DNA of 58,692 nucleotides from positions 1 to 58,692 of the IMG/VR virus record IMGVR_UViG_3300030102_006279. One strand, 5' to 3'. This document shows positions 1 to 10,492 of the stretch, piece after piece. Below the pieces are notes generated by a model. That model was not told where the DNA came from and did no database searches. It saw nothing but the letters and a program-made list of their open reading frames with translations. Within the stretch, counting starts at the first letter, position 1; every line of letters begins with the position of its first letter. This stretch comes from a virus (taxonomy: Duplodnaviria > Caudoviricetes). Both the position numbers and the translations under genes were made by a program.

Positions 1-100
1 GATCGTTTGGAAAAACATTTTCATACTGTATTTGAGGCATTTCAGCTTGCGCCGTTTGTGTCGCTGCCGGTTCACCAATTTGCACAGGCGCACTTGGCTC
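1..100. repeat. Terminal overlap (left copy) of circular assembly
   Basis: 1-100 equals 58593-58692 except position 2 (A) vs 58594 (G); lies inside a coding gene. Confidence 0.97.
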
Positions 101-3100
101 TGGTGCAGATGCTTCAGGTTGTGTTTCCTGCATCGCTACAGTTTGATCTTGTCCCATTTTTAAATCTTTTTGTTCAGTGAATGTTCTGCCTGCGTATGTT
201 CTTTCTACACCTTCATTTAAACCTGTAAAATAAGAGGTAATGTTTTCTTTTTGTTCCATTGGAGTTTTTTCAAGAGCTGTTTCAACAGGCATAAAAGTAT
301 CTTTAAACTTAGAATTATAGTCTTCAGGTTTAATATCATCTGTGTTTGGAACTAACATTCTACCACTAGTTAAATACTCCACTAACTGTTCTTCAGTAAC
401 ATCTGGCGCATAATCACCATTAAATGCTGCTGGATCATCTTCTCTAATTTGATTGATTAATCTAATTAAAGCTTGTCGTCTTTTTGGAGTAGGTACTATA
501 CCAAGCTTACCGCCAAAAAATTTATCTAGTTGTGCAGCCTTCGCCACTCTCTCTTCAGGTGACGCTAAATCCAACAATGTTTTCGTAAATTTAGGACTCA
601 TAATAGCTCGTCCAAACCCCCAAAAAAGTGCAAGTAAGGTTAAAGTGGTTCCACCACCCATGGTTGCAAATCCACCAGCTAATGCACCACCACCAGCTAT
701 TGAACCTAAACCTCCAAGTTGTAACCTTCTTGATAAGAATGTGCTCACATCACCATATGAAATTTCACTTTTGGTTCTTAATAACATCATGAGTTTGTTA
801 AAGTCATCATATTGTTTTGCGCCTTGTTTACCACCACCAAAAATTTCAATCCATCTTTCTTTTGCACCAGCTTGGTTAAAACCTAAAGCCTCTTCAAAAT
901 TAGCATAATTAAATATTCCATTCTTGTGCGCACTTGCATCTTTAATCATTAAATTTTCTGCTGCTTCTCCACCAGCTTCTGCAAAAGTTTGACCTGGTGC
1001 TTTTTTAGCAAGTTCTTTTCTCATACCCTTACCAAATGCCTCTCCTCCAACGAAATTTGGTAAATGTTTATCAATATAATCGTCATCATAAACTTTGTTT
1101 ATCATCTTATTACGATTTGCCTCAGTGATTTGTTTGATACCAACAGTATTCTTTAAAGTGCTAAAAGTCTCTCTGTTGATTTTTTCAAATGAACTTAAAA
1201 ATGCGTCTGTAACACTGCGGCCAACCATTCTGTCCCACAGCGTATCTGCTCCAATATTTTGTTTTTCAGCAGCGACTTTTAAATCTTGAGGATTAAATAC
1301 AACGCCATCTTCTCTAGTGAAAGATTTTTTTAGATCCAAAGGTTTTGCGCCACGAGTTGTCTGCTGTACGGCTATTTTTCCTGCAGCTCTTTGTAAAGTA
1401 ATATCACCTGACACTTTTTTTGATTGACCAAATATTAATTTGGTTTCGGCAACATCCTCTGCAGCTCCATTTCTAACTGTCATATTCATGATACGGTTAT
1501 GCATTTTACTTAAAGCTTCTTTTTGTCCCCCTTGAAAACCTTGTAAAGAAGCCACCGTCAACAAATTTTCATCATATAATCTTAAACCTTCTTTTATGGC
1601 AGTTTGACCTTCAACCGCACCAGTTACATCAGCAAAATATTTATTTGCATAATTTAAATGTTCACCCCAATTTGCTAGATCCTCTGATGTTTTTGTTAAA
1701 TAAGCTTGTGCTGCTTCAGCTCCTTCACTGCTTAAAATAGAGTCATATTCTTTTTTGATAGCTTGATTGGTTTCAAGAAACTCTTTACTGTAATTTCTGC
1801 CACCAACAAGACCTAAATCGACCTCCATAGCACCCCTAAGTAAGCTATAATACTGTATGTTTCTGTCATTCGGGTTTTTTAATGTCGCTTCAAGTATAGT
1901 TTCATTTAGATTTTCGATAGTGCCTAAAAATTGTTTTGGCGTTAAATAACCATCGTTTGCATAACCTCCAATATTTTTAAGCTCATCTATTTTTGCGATG
2001 ATATCGCTCTGTATGTTAGATATATTTGGAGCACGCATATCATCTCTTTTGTTAATAATATTTTCTGCTACCTCTTTTAAATTTGTTGTTGGAATAATTG
2101 CAGGATTACCAATTAAATCAGCTCTATTCATTAGTTGTTCATAGTTTGCGTGTATAGTGTTTCTAAACAATCGATGATTTTGTAAGATGGTTGAATACAT
2201 CTCTTTACTTAAAATATGCTGATGATAAATAGGACCAAAATTCTTAGTTAAATGTTTTAACATTTGTTGTGTCATGCCGGTTTGTTGTTTTTCTCTTTGT
2301 TTCAAAAGAGACGAACTTATGATTGGCACTTGTCCTAAAGTGGTGGGAAAACCACTCACAAGTTTTCTAAAAACACCTGGTCCACTTATGGAAGCCAGTT
2401 CAACAGCATTTAATTCAATACCTTGTTCAACACCAGTTTTTGCGGCTTGATAAGCCTCTTTGCCATTTATACCAAAAAGTGGTTTACCAATGGTTTTTAA
2501 AGATTTCGCTAAAATAGGCATGATTGCAGTTCCTGCTACATTGTAAAAAGCAGCATTAGCCATTTCAGATAACACAGCGGTAGTTCCTCTTTCCATTGGA
2601 CTCATTTGATCTATGTCTCTTTTTGATAATTGACTTAAATCAAAAAATGCGCTTTTAGTCAAACCATCTTTATATTGTTCATATTCAAAAGCAGCTGCTC
2701 CTGCACCCGCCCCAAGTGTGCCTCCTCCAATAGATTTAAGTTCAGTTTTACCAGCTTGACTAAAAACAAATTTTCTCGCTCCATCCGCATTTCTTGAAAA
2801 GAAGTCAGCTGTATTTTTAAATAAACTTCTAACTCCTTTTAATTTTCTACCCACTACTCTTTCTGTTATACCACCAATAAGTTTTCCAAACTTTGATTGA
2901 GATACTCTATAGTTTTCAGTATCTTTAAAATTTTCCGCAGCCTTAATTAACTTTTTACGATCCGTAACATAAGGCACTGTAGAGCCTATTAAATCACCTG
3001 TAATGACATAACCAAAATTAGTTTTACCACCTGGGTTACGTTGTTCCTCTGCATCAGAGATAAGTTTTTCTTTTGCGTCATCACGCTCTTGAGCTATACC

Positions 3101-3244
3101 GAGAACGCTATCGTAACCTTTAAGTTTGCCGGATTGAAAATATGAATCTAATACTCTAACTTGTTGTTCATTTAAAGTATTAGGATTGAGTTTCTTCTCA
3201 TCCAAAAGTTGTTGTATTCTTGCTAATTCTTGTTGTTCACTCAT
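1..3244 (-). CDS. Large internal virion (ejection-type) protein, about 1097 aa; continues across the origin into 58592..58543
   Basis: ATG at 3244 overlaps upstream TAA (MSEQQELARIQQLLDEKKL...); joined length 3294 nt is in frame and ends ...FPNDPLGELIAKRNQLRRNV-TGA at 58543; absent from ORF track because it runs off the edge; last and largest gene of the ejection-protein block. Confidence 0.8.
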   Translation of the reverse strand, partial: MSEQQELARIQQLLDEKKLNPNTLNEQQVRVLDSYFQSGKLKGYDSVLGIAQERDDAKEKLISDAEEQRNPGGKTNFGYVITGDLIGSTVPYVTDRKKLIKAAENFKDTENYRVSQSKFGKLIGGITERVVGRKLKGVRSLFKNTADFFSRNADGARKFVFSQAGKTELKSIGGGTLGAGAGAAAFEYEQYKDGLTKSAFFDLSQLSKRDIDQMSPMERGTTAVLSEMANAAFYNVAGTAIMPILAKSLKTIGKPLFGINGKEAYQAAKTGVEQGIELNAVELASISGPGVFRKLVSGFPTTLGQVPIISSSLLKQREKQQTGMTQQMLKHLTKNFGPIYHQHILSKEMYSTILQNHRLFRNTIHANYEQLMNRADLIGNPAIIPTTNLKEVAENIINKRDDMRAPNISNIQSDIIAKIDELKNIGGYANDGYLTPKQFLGTIENLNETILEATLKNPNDRNIQYYSLLRGAMEVDLGLVGGRNYSKEFLETNQAIKKEYDSILSSEGAEAAQAYLTKTSEDLANWGEHLNYANKYFADVTGAVEGQTAIKEGLRLYDENLLTVASLQGFQGGQKEALSKMHNRIMNMTVRNGAAEDVAETKLIFGQSKKVSGDITLQRAAGKIAVQQTTRGAKPLDLKKSFTREDGVVFNPQDLKVAAEKQNIGADTLWDRMVGRSVTDAFLSSFEKINRETFSTLKNTVGIKQITEANRNKMINKVYDDDYIDKHLPNFVGGEAFGKGMRKELAKKAPGQTFAEAGGEAAENLMIKDASAHKNGIFNYANFEEALGFNQAGAKERWIEIFGGGKQGAKQYDDFNKLMMLLRTKSEISYGDVSTFLSRRLQLGGLGSIAGGGALAGGFATMGGGTTLTLLALFWGFGRAIMSPKFTKTLLDLASPEERVAKAAQLDKFFGGKLGIVPTPKRRQALIRLINQIREDDPAAFNGDYAPDVTEEQLVEYLTSGRMLVPNTDDIKPEDYNSKFKDTFMPVETALEKTPMEQKENITSYFTGLNEGVERTYAGRTFTEQKDLKMGQDQTVAMQETQPEASAPEPSAPVQIGEPAATQTAQAEMPQIQYENVFPND

Positions 3245-5823
3245 TAGCCCAATCCTCCGATTGATTTAAGTGTATCTAATTTAAAACCTTCATCTTGTAA
3301 GAATTTATCACTCTCTAACTGTTTCAATTTCTCTTGATATCTAATGATTGATCTAGCTCTTGGGTATCTTGCTATAAATTTTGAAACTTGATCACCGGTA
3401 CCATTTTCTAATAAAATATCCATTGCTTCATTGAATTTTACATTAAGATCTAATCCAAGATCTTCATACTTTCTTTTTATAAGATCTGGATCTTCAAAGA
3501 CTTTCGAAATTTGAGTTATTTCTGCAGCGCTGTCAATATCTTTTTGTGTTAATCTATCTTCAGCTTTGTTTGCATTAGCAATAATATATTTCATTTTTAC
3601 TTGAATAATATTGTATTTTGCCAAAGCAGCTTTCACTGCATTTATTTGCTCTTTGTTTTGTATTTTCTGATCACCACTATAAAGCGATCTATAGAGTCTA
3701 CTGAATACAGCTGGTAAAACATCGCCTTTTCTGGCAACTTCCATCTCTTTGTTGTACTTTTCTCTAATCGCAGCTCTTTCTTCAGGGTCGGCCTCTTTTG
3801 CAATTAATTCTTCAATATTAGCTCCATAATAAAAATCACTTCCCATTAAATTTTGAAGGTTTTCTGCATAAGATCCACCTTGTTTAGGAGCAGCGGGACT
3901 TAAGTCTAAGCCCATTATATTTCTTATGGCTAATTCAAGACCAACACCTTTACTTATACCCTGTGCTATTGCAACTTTATTACCTGGTTCAAGGTTTTTT
4001 GCTAATTGAACAAAGTCCTGTGTTAACTTAATTCCAGCGTAAGCATAATCAATTTTTGTTTGTGCTTTACTTCTTGCCTTTGAATCAATTTTAAATTCTG
4101 AATAAGCCATGTCGGTGCCAAACAAAGAAGTAAATGGAACATACTTTCCTTTATGCTCTATAAATAAAATACCGCTATCTTTTTGTCTTTTACCCACAAA
4201 GTTTTGCACTCCTCGGTAAAAATTAGGATTTCTAATTTGAATATTTAAAGTTTCATTAAGTAAACCTAGATTAACACCAGTTTCTGTTTCTTGTTTATTT
4301 AATAACGATTTGTAATACAGCTCATCTATGGTAAATTCTGCATCATATTGTTTTTGATACGCATCTAAAGTGGCTCTATTTTTGTCTTGTAAATTTGAAA
4401 TTTGTGCATTTATGATTTCTTTATCTTGTGTAAGTAGGTAACGGTCCATATCTTTCTCGTATTCCATGAACTTTAAGGCTAAACCTTCATTTAAAGCTTT
4501 TTCACTTTCAAGAACTTCTGTCGCTGCATCTACAGCGGTGCCACCTGCTCTGCCTAATATATCTAAAAATCCAGCAGTTCCAGACTCATAACTTTTACCT
4601 GACATTAAATCTAAACCTAGTTTCAACATTATGTAATTCATTTGTTTTTCATTACCGTCATAACCTGACATTTCTCTGAACTCATTTTTAAATTCTTCAA
4701 ATGTTTTTACTTGTGTTTCATCTAGCCTTGCTTTTAACTGTGAAATTTTATCTTCAGTAGCGGCATAATTTTTATCAATTGTTTCTTTAATAGCATGAAA
4801 ATTACTTGGAGGTATTTTTTTCATACTATCTCTTAAAGCTGCTGTAGTAATGGTGTTACTATTTAAAAGGTTGTTAAGATTGTTTTGAACTGCATTACGG
4901 TCATTATCTGTTGCTTTTTCTATATTAGTAATAGAAACATCATTATCATCAATCAAACTTAAATCAGTGGATCTAGAATCAGTGCCGACTGGGCCTGCAT
5001 CACCTGGCATACCACCTTTGAATTTTGTCATGTCAACATTGCCAATATTACCTTCAGGAATTAAATCTTGATTGACCTGATTATCATCTAATTGCTCATC
5101 TAGCTTTTTATCGTCTGTTATATCTTTTGCGTTATTAGCTAATGTGTCATCTTGTACTGTGTCTGTTGTTTTCTTTTGACTTAAATCTTGTTTTATCTTA
5201 TTGTCGCGTAACTCAGGATCTGGGTCTGTGGTCATCGCTAAAGCTTGTCCTCCAACTAAAGTACCACCTACACCAAGTATTTTCTTACCAACATTTTTAC
5301 CTGGTTTTGTTACTTTGGCTACCATATCACCTGATTTATCAAGTAACACAGGAATTCCTGATTTTGTGCCCGCGCCTGGTAAAAGTTTTGATTTACTTCC
5401 TGTTTTTAAAACAGAAGGTAAAAGCAAAGTTTCCATCGCCAACATTGCAGTGTCTGCAATAGCACCGCCGTATTCACCTTTTTGTATTTGTTCTGGTATA
5501 GATGTAATTCTATCAGGCGCATCTCGAGCTATTATCCCTAAACCTAGAACATTAGCTGTAGGAGAGTCAATGACATTTCCTACTCTGCCTCCAAATTTAC
5601 TCTTTGTTAATTTGTTATAAACACTTCCAGCAAATGGGGCAAATTTACCTAGTATACCCATACCTAATTTAGCTTGACCTATACCTGGAATAAAATTAGA
5701 AGCAGTGCCTATACCTTTTTTAAAAGCTGCTTGTCCTTCTGGATTTTTAATACCAGCTTGTCTTTCAGCATCTAGTGTCTGTTGTATGGTAGATCGTCCA
5801 TATCTTCCAAAATCAAGCGCCAT
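3244..5823 (-). CDS. Probable internal virion / DNA ejection protein, 859 aa
   Basis: Long helical/coiled-coil protein with Gly-rich hydrophobic segments, translationally coupled between other ejection-type genes. Confidence 0.6.
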   Translation of the reverse strand: MALDFGRYGRSTIQQTLDAERQAGIKNPEGQAAFKKGIGTASNFIPGIGQAKLGMGILGKFAPFAGSVYNKLTKSKFGGRVGNVIDSPTANVLGLGIIARDAPDRITSIPEQIQKGEYGGAIADTAMLAMETLLLPSVLKTGSKSKLLPGAGTKSGIPVLLDKSGDMVAKVTKPGKNVGKKILGVGGTLVGGQALAMTTDPDPELRDNKIKQDLSQKKTTDTVQDDTLANNAKDITDDKKLDEQLDDNQVNQDLIPEGNIGNVDMTKFKGGMPGDAGPVGTDSRSTDLSLIDDNDVSITNIEKATDNDRNAVQNNLNNLLNSNTITTAALRDSMKKIPPSNFHAIKETIDKNYAATEDKISQLKARLDETQVKTFEEFKNEFREMSGYDGNEKQMNYIMLKLGLDLMSGKSYESGTAGFLDILGRAGGTAVDAATEVLESEKALNEGLALKFMEYEKDMDRYLLTQDKEIINAQISNLQDKNRATLDAYQKQYDAEFTIDELYYKSLLNKQETETGVNLGLLNETLNIQIRNPNFYRGVQNFVGKRQKDSGILFIEHKGKYVPFTSLFGTDMAYSEFKIDSKARSKAQTKIDYAYAGIKLTQDFVQLAKNLEPGNKVAIAQGISKGVGLELAIRNIMGLDLSPAAPKQGGSYAENLQNLMGSDFYYGANIEELIAKEADPEERAAIREKYNKEMEVARKGDVLPAVFSRLYRSLYSGDQKIQNKEQINAVKAALAKYNIIQVKMKYIIANANKAEDRLTQKDIDSAAEITQISKVFEDPDLIKRKYEDLGLDLNVKFNEAMDILLENGTGDQVSKFIARYPRARSIIRYQEKLKQLESDKFLQDEGFKLDTLKSIGGLG

Positions 5824-6878
5824 TACGCACCTCCTACACCAGTGCCACCAAGTATATTGTATGCTCTAGAGGCGGTTAAACCTAAACCTGCAGCTTGTGC
5901 TAATGGATTGGTTCCTGGGGCCGTGGTTTGTGTAACCTGACTCGCCGCTGTTGGTAATGCAGTCATAATGCCTTTTTGGAACTCTGCTCGTTGATATGGC
6001 TCATACGCCCTTGCTATATCAGTTTGACGCTGTGCTTGTAACGCTTGTTGTGCTAAATTCCTTTGTGACTGACCCACTGCCATTTGTGTTTGTAAGTCTT
6101 GAGCCTGCATTGCCTGTTGTTGTGCACCAAAAGAGCCTAATTGTGCTGCTACATTCATATCGGTTTGTATGCCTAACCCTTGTTGTTGCTGTGCCGCTTG
6201 TAACGCTCGTTGATAGTTATCAGCTTGTGCTTGACCTACAGCTCGTTGAGTTGCGCCCATAAGTTCTGCTTGTTGCACACCTTCTCGGCCACCACCAAAA
6301 GCACCTGATCTTACAGCATCAGCACTTATACGATCGGCTTGCATTTTAGATTGTCTGTTGATTTCATCTATAACAAATTGATTGTAAGGGTTTAAAAAAG
6401 ACTGTACGTCTGGTAAAGCTTGAGCTCTTTGTTGTGCAGATAAGGCAGATGCTATACCTTGCTCAACTGCCGTTGTACCTGTTCCTGTCATGCCTGCAGT
6501 TTGAAAAGCTTGTTGTTCAAGAGCCGAGGGTCCTGCAACTTGAAACTCTGGTATTTCAATTGGTTTACTAGTTAAATCAGCCACTGTGTCATATAGTGCT
6601 AGTTTACGCGCCTCTATTTCAGGTGCTTCACGGGTAAAAGTTGTTTGTGTTTCTGCTGGAGAAGATCCTCCACCACCACCACCAAAATACTGAGTTAATC
6701 CTGTTTCATCGTTGACTGTGCCACAACCACCATGTTGAATCAAAAGTTGACGCTCAAAGTCATTAATGTGAGCTAAATGGATATCACCATTTTTACCTTT
6801 TTCAGCAAGGTCCTGATAAAGCTTCTTAAATAACTTTACCTTTTCTAGTGTACTTAACTTATCAATATTTATACTCAT
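5823..6878 (-). CDS. Probable DNA-transfer/pilot (internal virion) protein, 351 aa
   Basis: Gln/Ala-rich, GAFGGGR motif, C-terminal NPLAQAAGLGL; N-terminal GDIHLAHIN...GGCGTVNDETGL module typical of phage ejection proteins; start moved to the ATGA overlap at 6878. Confidence 0.6.
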   Translation of the reverse strand: MSINIDKLSTLEKVKLFKKLYQDLAEKGKNGDIHLAHINDFERQLLIQHGGCGTVNDETGLTQYFGGGGGGSSPAETQTTFTREAPEIEARKLALYDTVADLTSKPIEIPEFQVAGPSALEQQAFQTAGMTGTGTTAVEQGIASALSAQQRAQALPDVQSFLNPYNQFVIDEINRQSKMQADRISADAVRSGAFGGGREGVQQAELMGATQRAVGQAQADNYQRALQAAQQQQGLGIQTDMNVAAQLGSFGAQQQAMQAQDLQTQMAVGQSQRNLAQQALQAQRQTDIARAYEPYQRAEFQKGIMTALPTAASQVTQTTAPGTNPLAQAAGLGLTASRAYNILGGTGVGGA

Positions 6879-7288
6879 AATTCTTTCTCTATTTGCACAT
6901 GTGTTTTTTTGTAACCTTTTGGTTTCATCACTTTCTCCCAACCTGGTCTAGCAAACAATTCCATTTTTTTACAACCCTGATCCTTAGCCCATGCTTCTAA
7001 ATCCTCTACATGATGTACCCAATCTTTCATTCTACGGCCTGTTACAATTCTTGCATCACAGACTTTGTAGTTTGGGTAGCTTCTAATCTCAGTCACAACG
7101 GTTGCTAATACTGTATCGGATTCTGACACAACCAACCAAAGTTGCATGGCTCCTTGTTTACAGAACTCTTTAATATCATTTGCATCAAAAGCTCCGTTGG
7201 TATCACAAGCCAGTTGGACTAAGTCTTTTGCTAAGGGCCATATTTTATCTACTTCAAACTTTGTAAACTTAATAAATTTAGTTTCCAT
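6875..7288 (-). CDS. GNAT-fold virion-associated protein (T7 gp13-like position)
   Basis: 137 aa; LEAWAKDQGCKKMELFARPGWEKV resembles the GNAT C-terminal motif; sits among internal virion genes. Confidence 0.55.
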   Translation of the reverse strand: METKFIKFTKFEVDKIWPLAKDLVQLACDTNGAFDANDIKEFCKQGAMQLWLVVSESDTVLATVVTEIRSYPNYKVCDARIVTGRRMKDWVHHVEDLEAWAKDQGCKKMELFARPGWEKVMKPKGYKKTHVQIEKEL

Positions 7289-8216
7289 TTACTAGATCAA
7301 ATACTCGTTTAAATTGATCCTGTTGATTGTAAAAAAATGCAGCGCCTTTCTTACGCATATCTTTAAAGTCCTCAGGATTTGCACCTGCCATAATGCCAGC
7401 TCCGAGGATGGCATCTGCACGAGACACAAACTCACCATCGGCAAGTTGTGCTAACATGGTATCTTCGTCTTTATCACCTATCCCAGAGCCGTCTTCCACA
7501 TAACCTCTTGCTCTAACATAGTTATTAACATCTTTTTCGTCATTCTCTAATTTACTTGGTAGATAGTTTACTCCACCTGTTGCATACTGTGCTATACCTT
7601 CAACAAAAGCACCTTCTTTTGCATAAAGCATAGAATCAAAATCATAAGGGTCCACTTGTTCTTGTGGTGCTGCAGCATAGTCAAACTTCTTTAATAATCC
7701 ACTTACTTTATCTTTTTGAGTTGAATACATTGCTTCTTGTTGTTGCGGACTTAAATTGTATGGATTGTTTGCATCGATTTTTCGTCCAGTTGGTTCATTA
7801 AGCTTATCCATTACATAACTGCCACTTATACCAATACCGGAGGCAAATTGTTTACTTGGGTCAGATAGATAAGTACCTGCTTTCTGCATAGCTGTAGTAA
7901 AAAAACTTGGTTTTACACTTTGGTAATTTGCTAAATTATAAACTCCAGTACCTGCCATATCAAAAGCACCAGAACCAGCAGCAGCTGCATCAACTCCAGT
8001 TTTTAAAAGCTCACCAGACCCAGCTTTTAATGTTTCTTTCAAAGCTGTATCTGTTGCTGTTTTAGACAACCCTGCGCCTAAAGCACCAGTAGCATAAGAT
8101 CCTAGTCCACCTAGAATTGCTGATTTGAAAGAGTCACTTGTGGATGCACCTGATAATTTAGCTAATGCGAAACTTAAACCACCTGCCATTAAAGCTGTTG
8201 TTAAAAAAGCGGGCAT
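7278..8216 (-). CDS. Probable internal virion protein
   Basis: Hydrophobic Gly/Ala N-terminus; C-terminal GDKDEDTMLAQLADGEFV resembles the 'SDSIPAMLSDGEFV' module of virion ejection/tape-measure proteins; RBS GGAG/AGGA before ATG 8216. Confidence 0.55.
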   Translation of the reverse strand: MPAFLTTALMAGGLSFALAKLSGASTSDSFKSAILGGLGSYATGALGAGLSKTATDTALKETLKAGSGELLKTGVDAAAAGSGAFDMAGTGVYNLANYQSVKPSFFTTAMQKAGTYLSDPSKQFASGIGISGSYVMDKLNEPTGRKIDANNPYNLSPQQQEAMYSTQKDKVSGLLKKFDYAAAPQEQVDPYDFDSMLYAKEGAFVEGIAQYATGGVNYLPSKLENDEKDVNNYVRARGYVEDGSGIGDKDEDTMLAQLADGEFVSRADAILGAGIMAGANPEDFKDMRKKGAAFFYNQQDQFKRVFDLVNGN

Positions 8217-8254
8217 ATGTCCTATCTCCAATTACTATTAGAATAAGTTTACCT

Positions 8255-9037
8255 TTATTCTTCAGTGCTATCAACACTGTTAGGACACAGTTCGTCCCAC
8301 AAACGACCTGTATATTGAAATTCACCTACATGAGTGATGTAATCCATGATATAACAGTAGCATTTGCCACCTAATTTACGCCATAGTCGACAAAAAGCAA
8401 AGTCTTCACCTAGAAAATGTTCAGTTTCTTTGTCGTGATAAGTATCAAAAAGGTTATATAAATACGGTTTTTTCTGCAATCTACCGTCAACAATAGTTTC
8501 TTGCGTGATCCGTGTGTCAGGGTACGCCTCAATCATTTGTTCAAAGACATTGCGTTTGATTAACATACAGCCAGTTGGTGCATGAGTTACCTCAATCACA
8601 CCCTCACCTTCAACTTTAATATCTTCTTCATCCTCTAATCGCAAAGGATAAGTATTACAATTGACATGAGCTTGTTTAGCTGTGGTCACATCACCTGCTT
8701 GGATCTTGGCAATGAGTCGGTCAAACTTTATATGTTTGAGTGGGTAAGGAACAGAAATGACATCCTTGTCAGCCTCAAGCATTTTCCATATGCTATCACA
8801 GGTAAAAGCAATATCACTATCAACAAACAACAAATGTGACATACCACTTTCTAAAAAACTAGCCACACATAAGTTACGCCCTTGAGTGACTAATGACGAT
8901 TTCATCATGTGAACTGAAATATCAATGTTCCTGTCTAAACACTCTTTTTGAAAGTCTAATACACTTTGAGCATAGTGTATAGATACTTCGCTATGCACAG
9001 GCGTAGCTAAATAAATACTTATCTTTTGGCTTGACAT
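8255..9037 (-). CDS. GT-A fold glycosyltransferase-like protein
   Basis: LATP, GRN, HLLFVDSDI (DxD), TGCMLIKR, GEDFAFC motifs. Confidence 0.75.
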   Translation of the reverse strand: MSSQKISIYLATPVHSEVSIHYAQSVLDFQKECLDRNIDISVHMMKSSLVTQGRNLCVASFLESGMSHLLFVDSDIAFTCDSIWKMLEADKDVISVPYPLKHIKFDRLIAKIQAGDVTTAKQAHVNCNTYPLRLEDEEDIKVEGEGVIEVTHAPTGCMLIKRNVFEQMIEAYPDTRITQETIVDGRLQKKPYLYNLFDTYHDKETEHFLGEDFAFCRLWRKLGGKCYCYIMDYITHVGEFQYTGRLWDELCPNSVDSTEE

Positions 9038-9957
9038 CCTCTAGCCCCAATCAAAAAGTTTGTCCATTGTATTTTTCTTTTTTGCCAATCGTAAAAGTAT
9101 TTCATGTAAGCTTGTTGTAAATCTAAATGTTTTTGTATGTGGTCATTATGTAACTGACACATTGACTGTTTAATAGCATGAGCGAAGTGACTGGCTAATT
9201 TTTTGTAATTTTTACTATAATTGATATAGACCGGAAAATCAGCACAGGTTTCAAACAATGCTCCATAATTGGTAGAAATTGTTAATAACCCAGCCGACAT
9301 ACATTCAATAGCAGAAATACATGAAGTTTCCTCCCAAATACAAGGGTAGGCAAACATATGATAATTTTTTAATTTATCTAGAATAAAAGCATTAGAGCGG
9401 TTACCAATATAATTAACATTAGGTAATGCTTTTGCTTGGTCATATAAAGCCTCCCAAGCACTATCATTATTTTTTGCAAATTCACTCCCGTATAAATCAC
9501 AGCTACTGTAAACATCTAATTCAATGTTTTCATCTCGTAAAAGTTCCATAGCTCCTAATAATACATTTAATCCTCGCCAAGGAGTTGGTTGAAAAATAAG
9601 CCTCAAAGTGTCGCCTTTATTGTAGGGTACTCGTTTTGGAAAATGTTCAACTGCATTTTTTATCACATGACATTTATCTGTAGGTAGCCCAAACATCATA
9701 CGATATTTCTCTGCACTCCAATGAGAATTGAATACATACCAATCGTATTGATCATGGTTCTTTTTATCACTAAACCAAGGTTGTATGTTCGGTTGATTAT
9801 AATTATTCTTCTGCCACAGAATATTTATTTTATTTGGATCAATAGGAACTTTGTTTGGTATAGAGGTGCAGATTTGAAAGTGATCAAGTAGCTCACTGTC
9901 TACATGTTTTTGTAAAAGCTCTAGTTGTAATTCAGTGCCACCTTTAGGCTCACTCAT
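9019..9957 (-). CDS. GT-B glycosyltransferase (family 4 / group 1)
   Basis: GGTE, FNSHW, PWRGL, YPCIWEETSCISAIECMSAG (ExxxxxxxE) motifs. Confidence 0.85.
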   Translation of the reverse strand: MSEPKGGTELQLELLQKHVDSELLDHFQICTSIPNKVPIDPNKINILWQKNNYNQPNIQPWFSDKKNHDQYDWYVFNSHWSAEKYRMMFGLPTDKCHVIKNAVEHFPKRVPYNKGDTLRLIFQPTPWRGLNVLLGAMELLRDENIELDVYSSCDLYGSEFAKNNDSAWEALYDQAKALPNVNYIGNRSNAFILDKLKNYHMFAYPCIWEETSCISAIECMSAGLLTISTNYGALFETCADFPVYINYSKNYKKLASHFAHAIKQSMCQLHNDHIQKHLDLQQAYMKYFYDWQKRKIQWTNFLIGARGCQAKR

Positions 9958-10141
9958 TTGTCTCCCCAAATAAGTCCATCTTTGGCACAATGATAGTTAC
10001 ATCCCTTTGTATATCTTCTTCTGTAGTAGAAGTGCTTGGGTCGTTTATATCTTCTTGTGCTTGTTCTTCTGAAGCATACTGAAGACCAGATTTCTTATTG
10101 GTTATTTTTACTTTAGATTCACAATCTATGGTAATAGTCAT
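9950..10141 (-). CDS. Hypothetical protein, 63 aa
   Basis: In-operon ORF overlapping the downstream start. Confidence 0.7.
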   Translation of the reverse strand: MTITIDCESKVKITNKKSGLQYASEEQAQEDINDPSTSTTEEDIQRDVTIIVPKMDLFGETNE

Positions 10142-10150
10142 GGCCGTATT

Positions 10151-10492
10151 TTAACCATTTTCTTGAGAACGGTCAATTTGAGCGTATGAGATAACTCCTG
10201 ATATTTTTGCTGCTGTTTCTGCGGTCATTTTAAGTATATCACTTTCTTCTAATACAAGCGTATTGGTGATGATATCGGTAGTGCTTGTAGCCGCTATATC
10301 TTGGTTGCCGATCGTATGTGTGGCTGAGGCTGAAGTGTCGGTAAGTTTTGTAGTAAGCGTACACGCACTGCTATCAATGTTGACTGCTTGTATCTGTTTA
10401 ATTAACAACCTAGCATTACTAGGTGCTGTTAACACTGAGGTTTCATTAGTGTTAGCTAAAGTAAAGCCTTGGTTTTTATATTGTATTGTCAT
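10151..10492 (-). CDS. Small beta-rich probable virion protein
   Basis: 113 aa Thr/Ser-rich, LVLEESDILK motif, follows nozzle gene. Confidence 0.6.
   Translation of the reverse strand: MTIQYKNQGFTLANTNETSVLTAPSNARLLIKQIQAVNIDSSACTLTTKLTDTSASATHTIGNQDIAATSTTDIITNTLVLEESDILKMTAETAAKISGVISYAQIDRSQENG

Noticed and set aside
1-100. Biological direct terminal repeat
   Set aside because: Exactly 100 bp and in the middle of a gene; typical of assembly circularisation
7278-8216. Tape measure protein
   Set aside because: Has a motif also found in tape measures but is only ~312 aa, and no tail tube or sheath genes are seen
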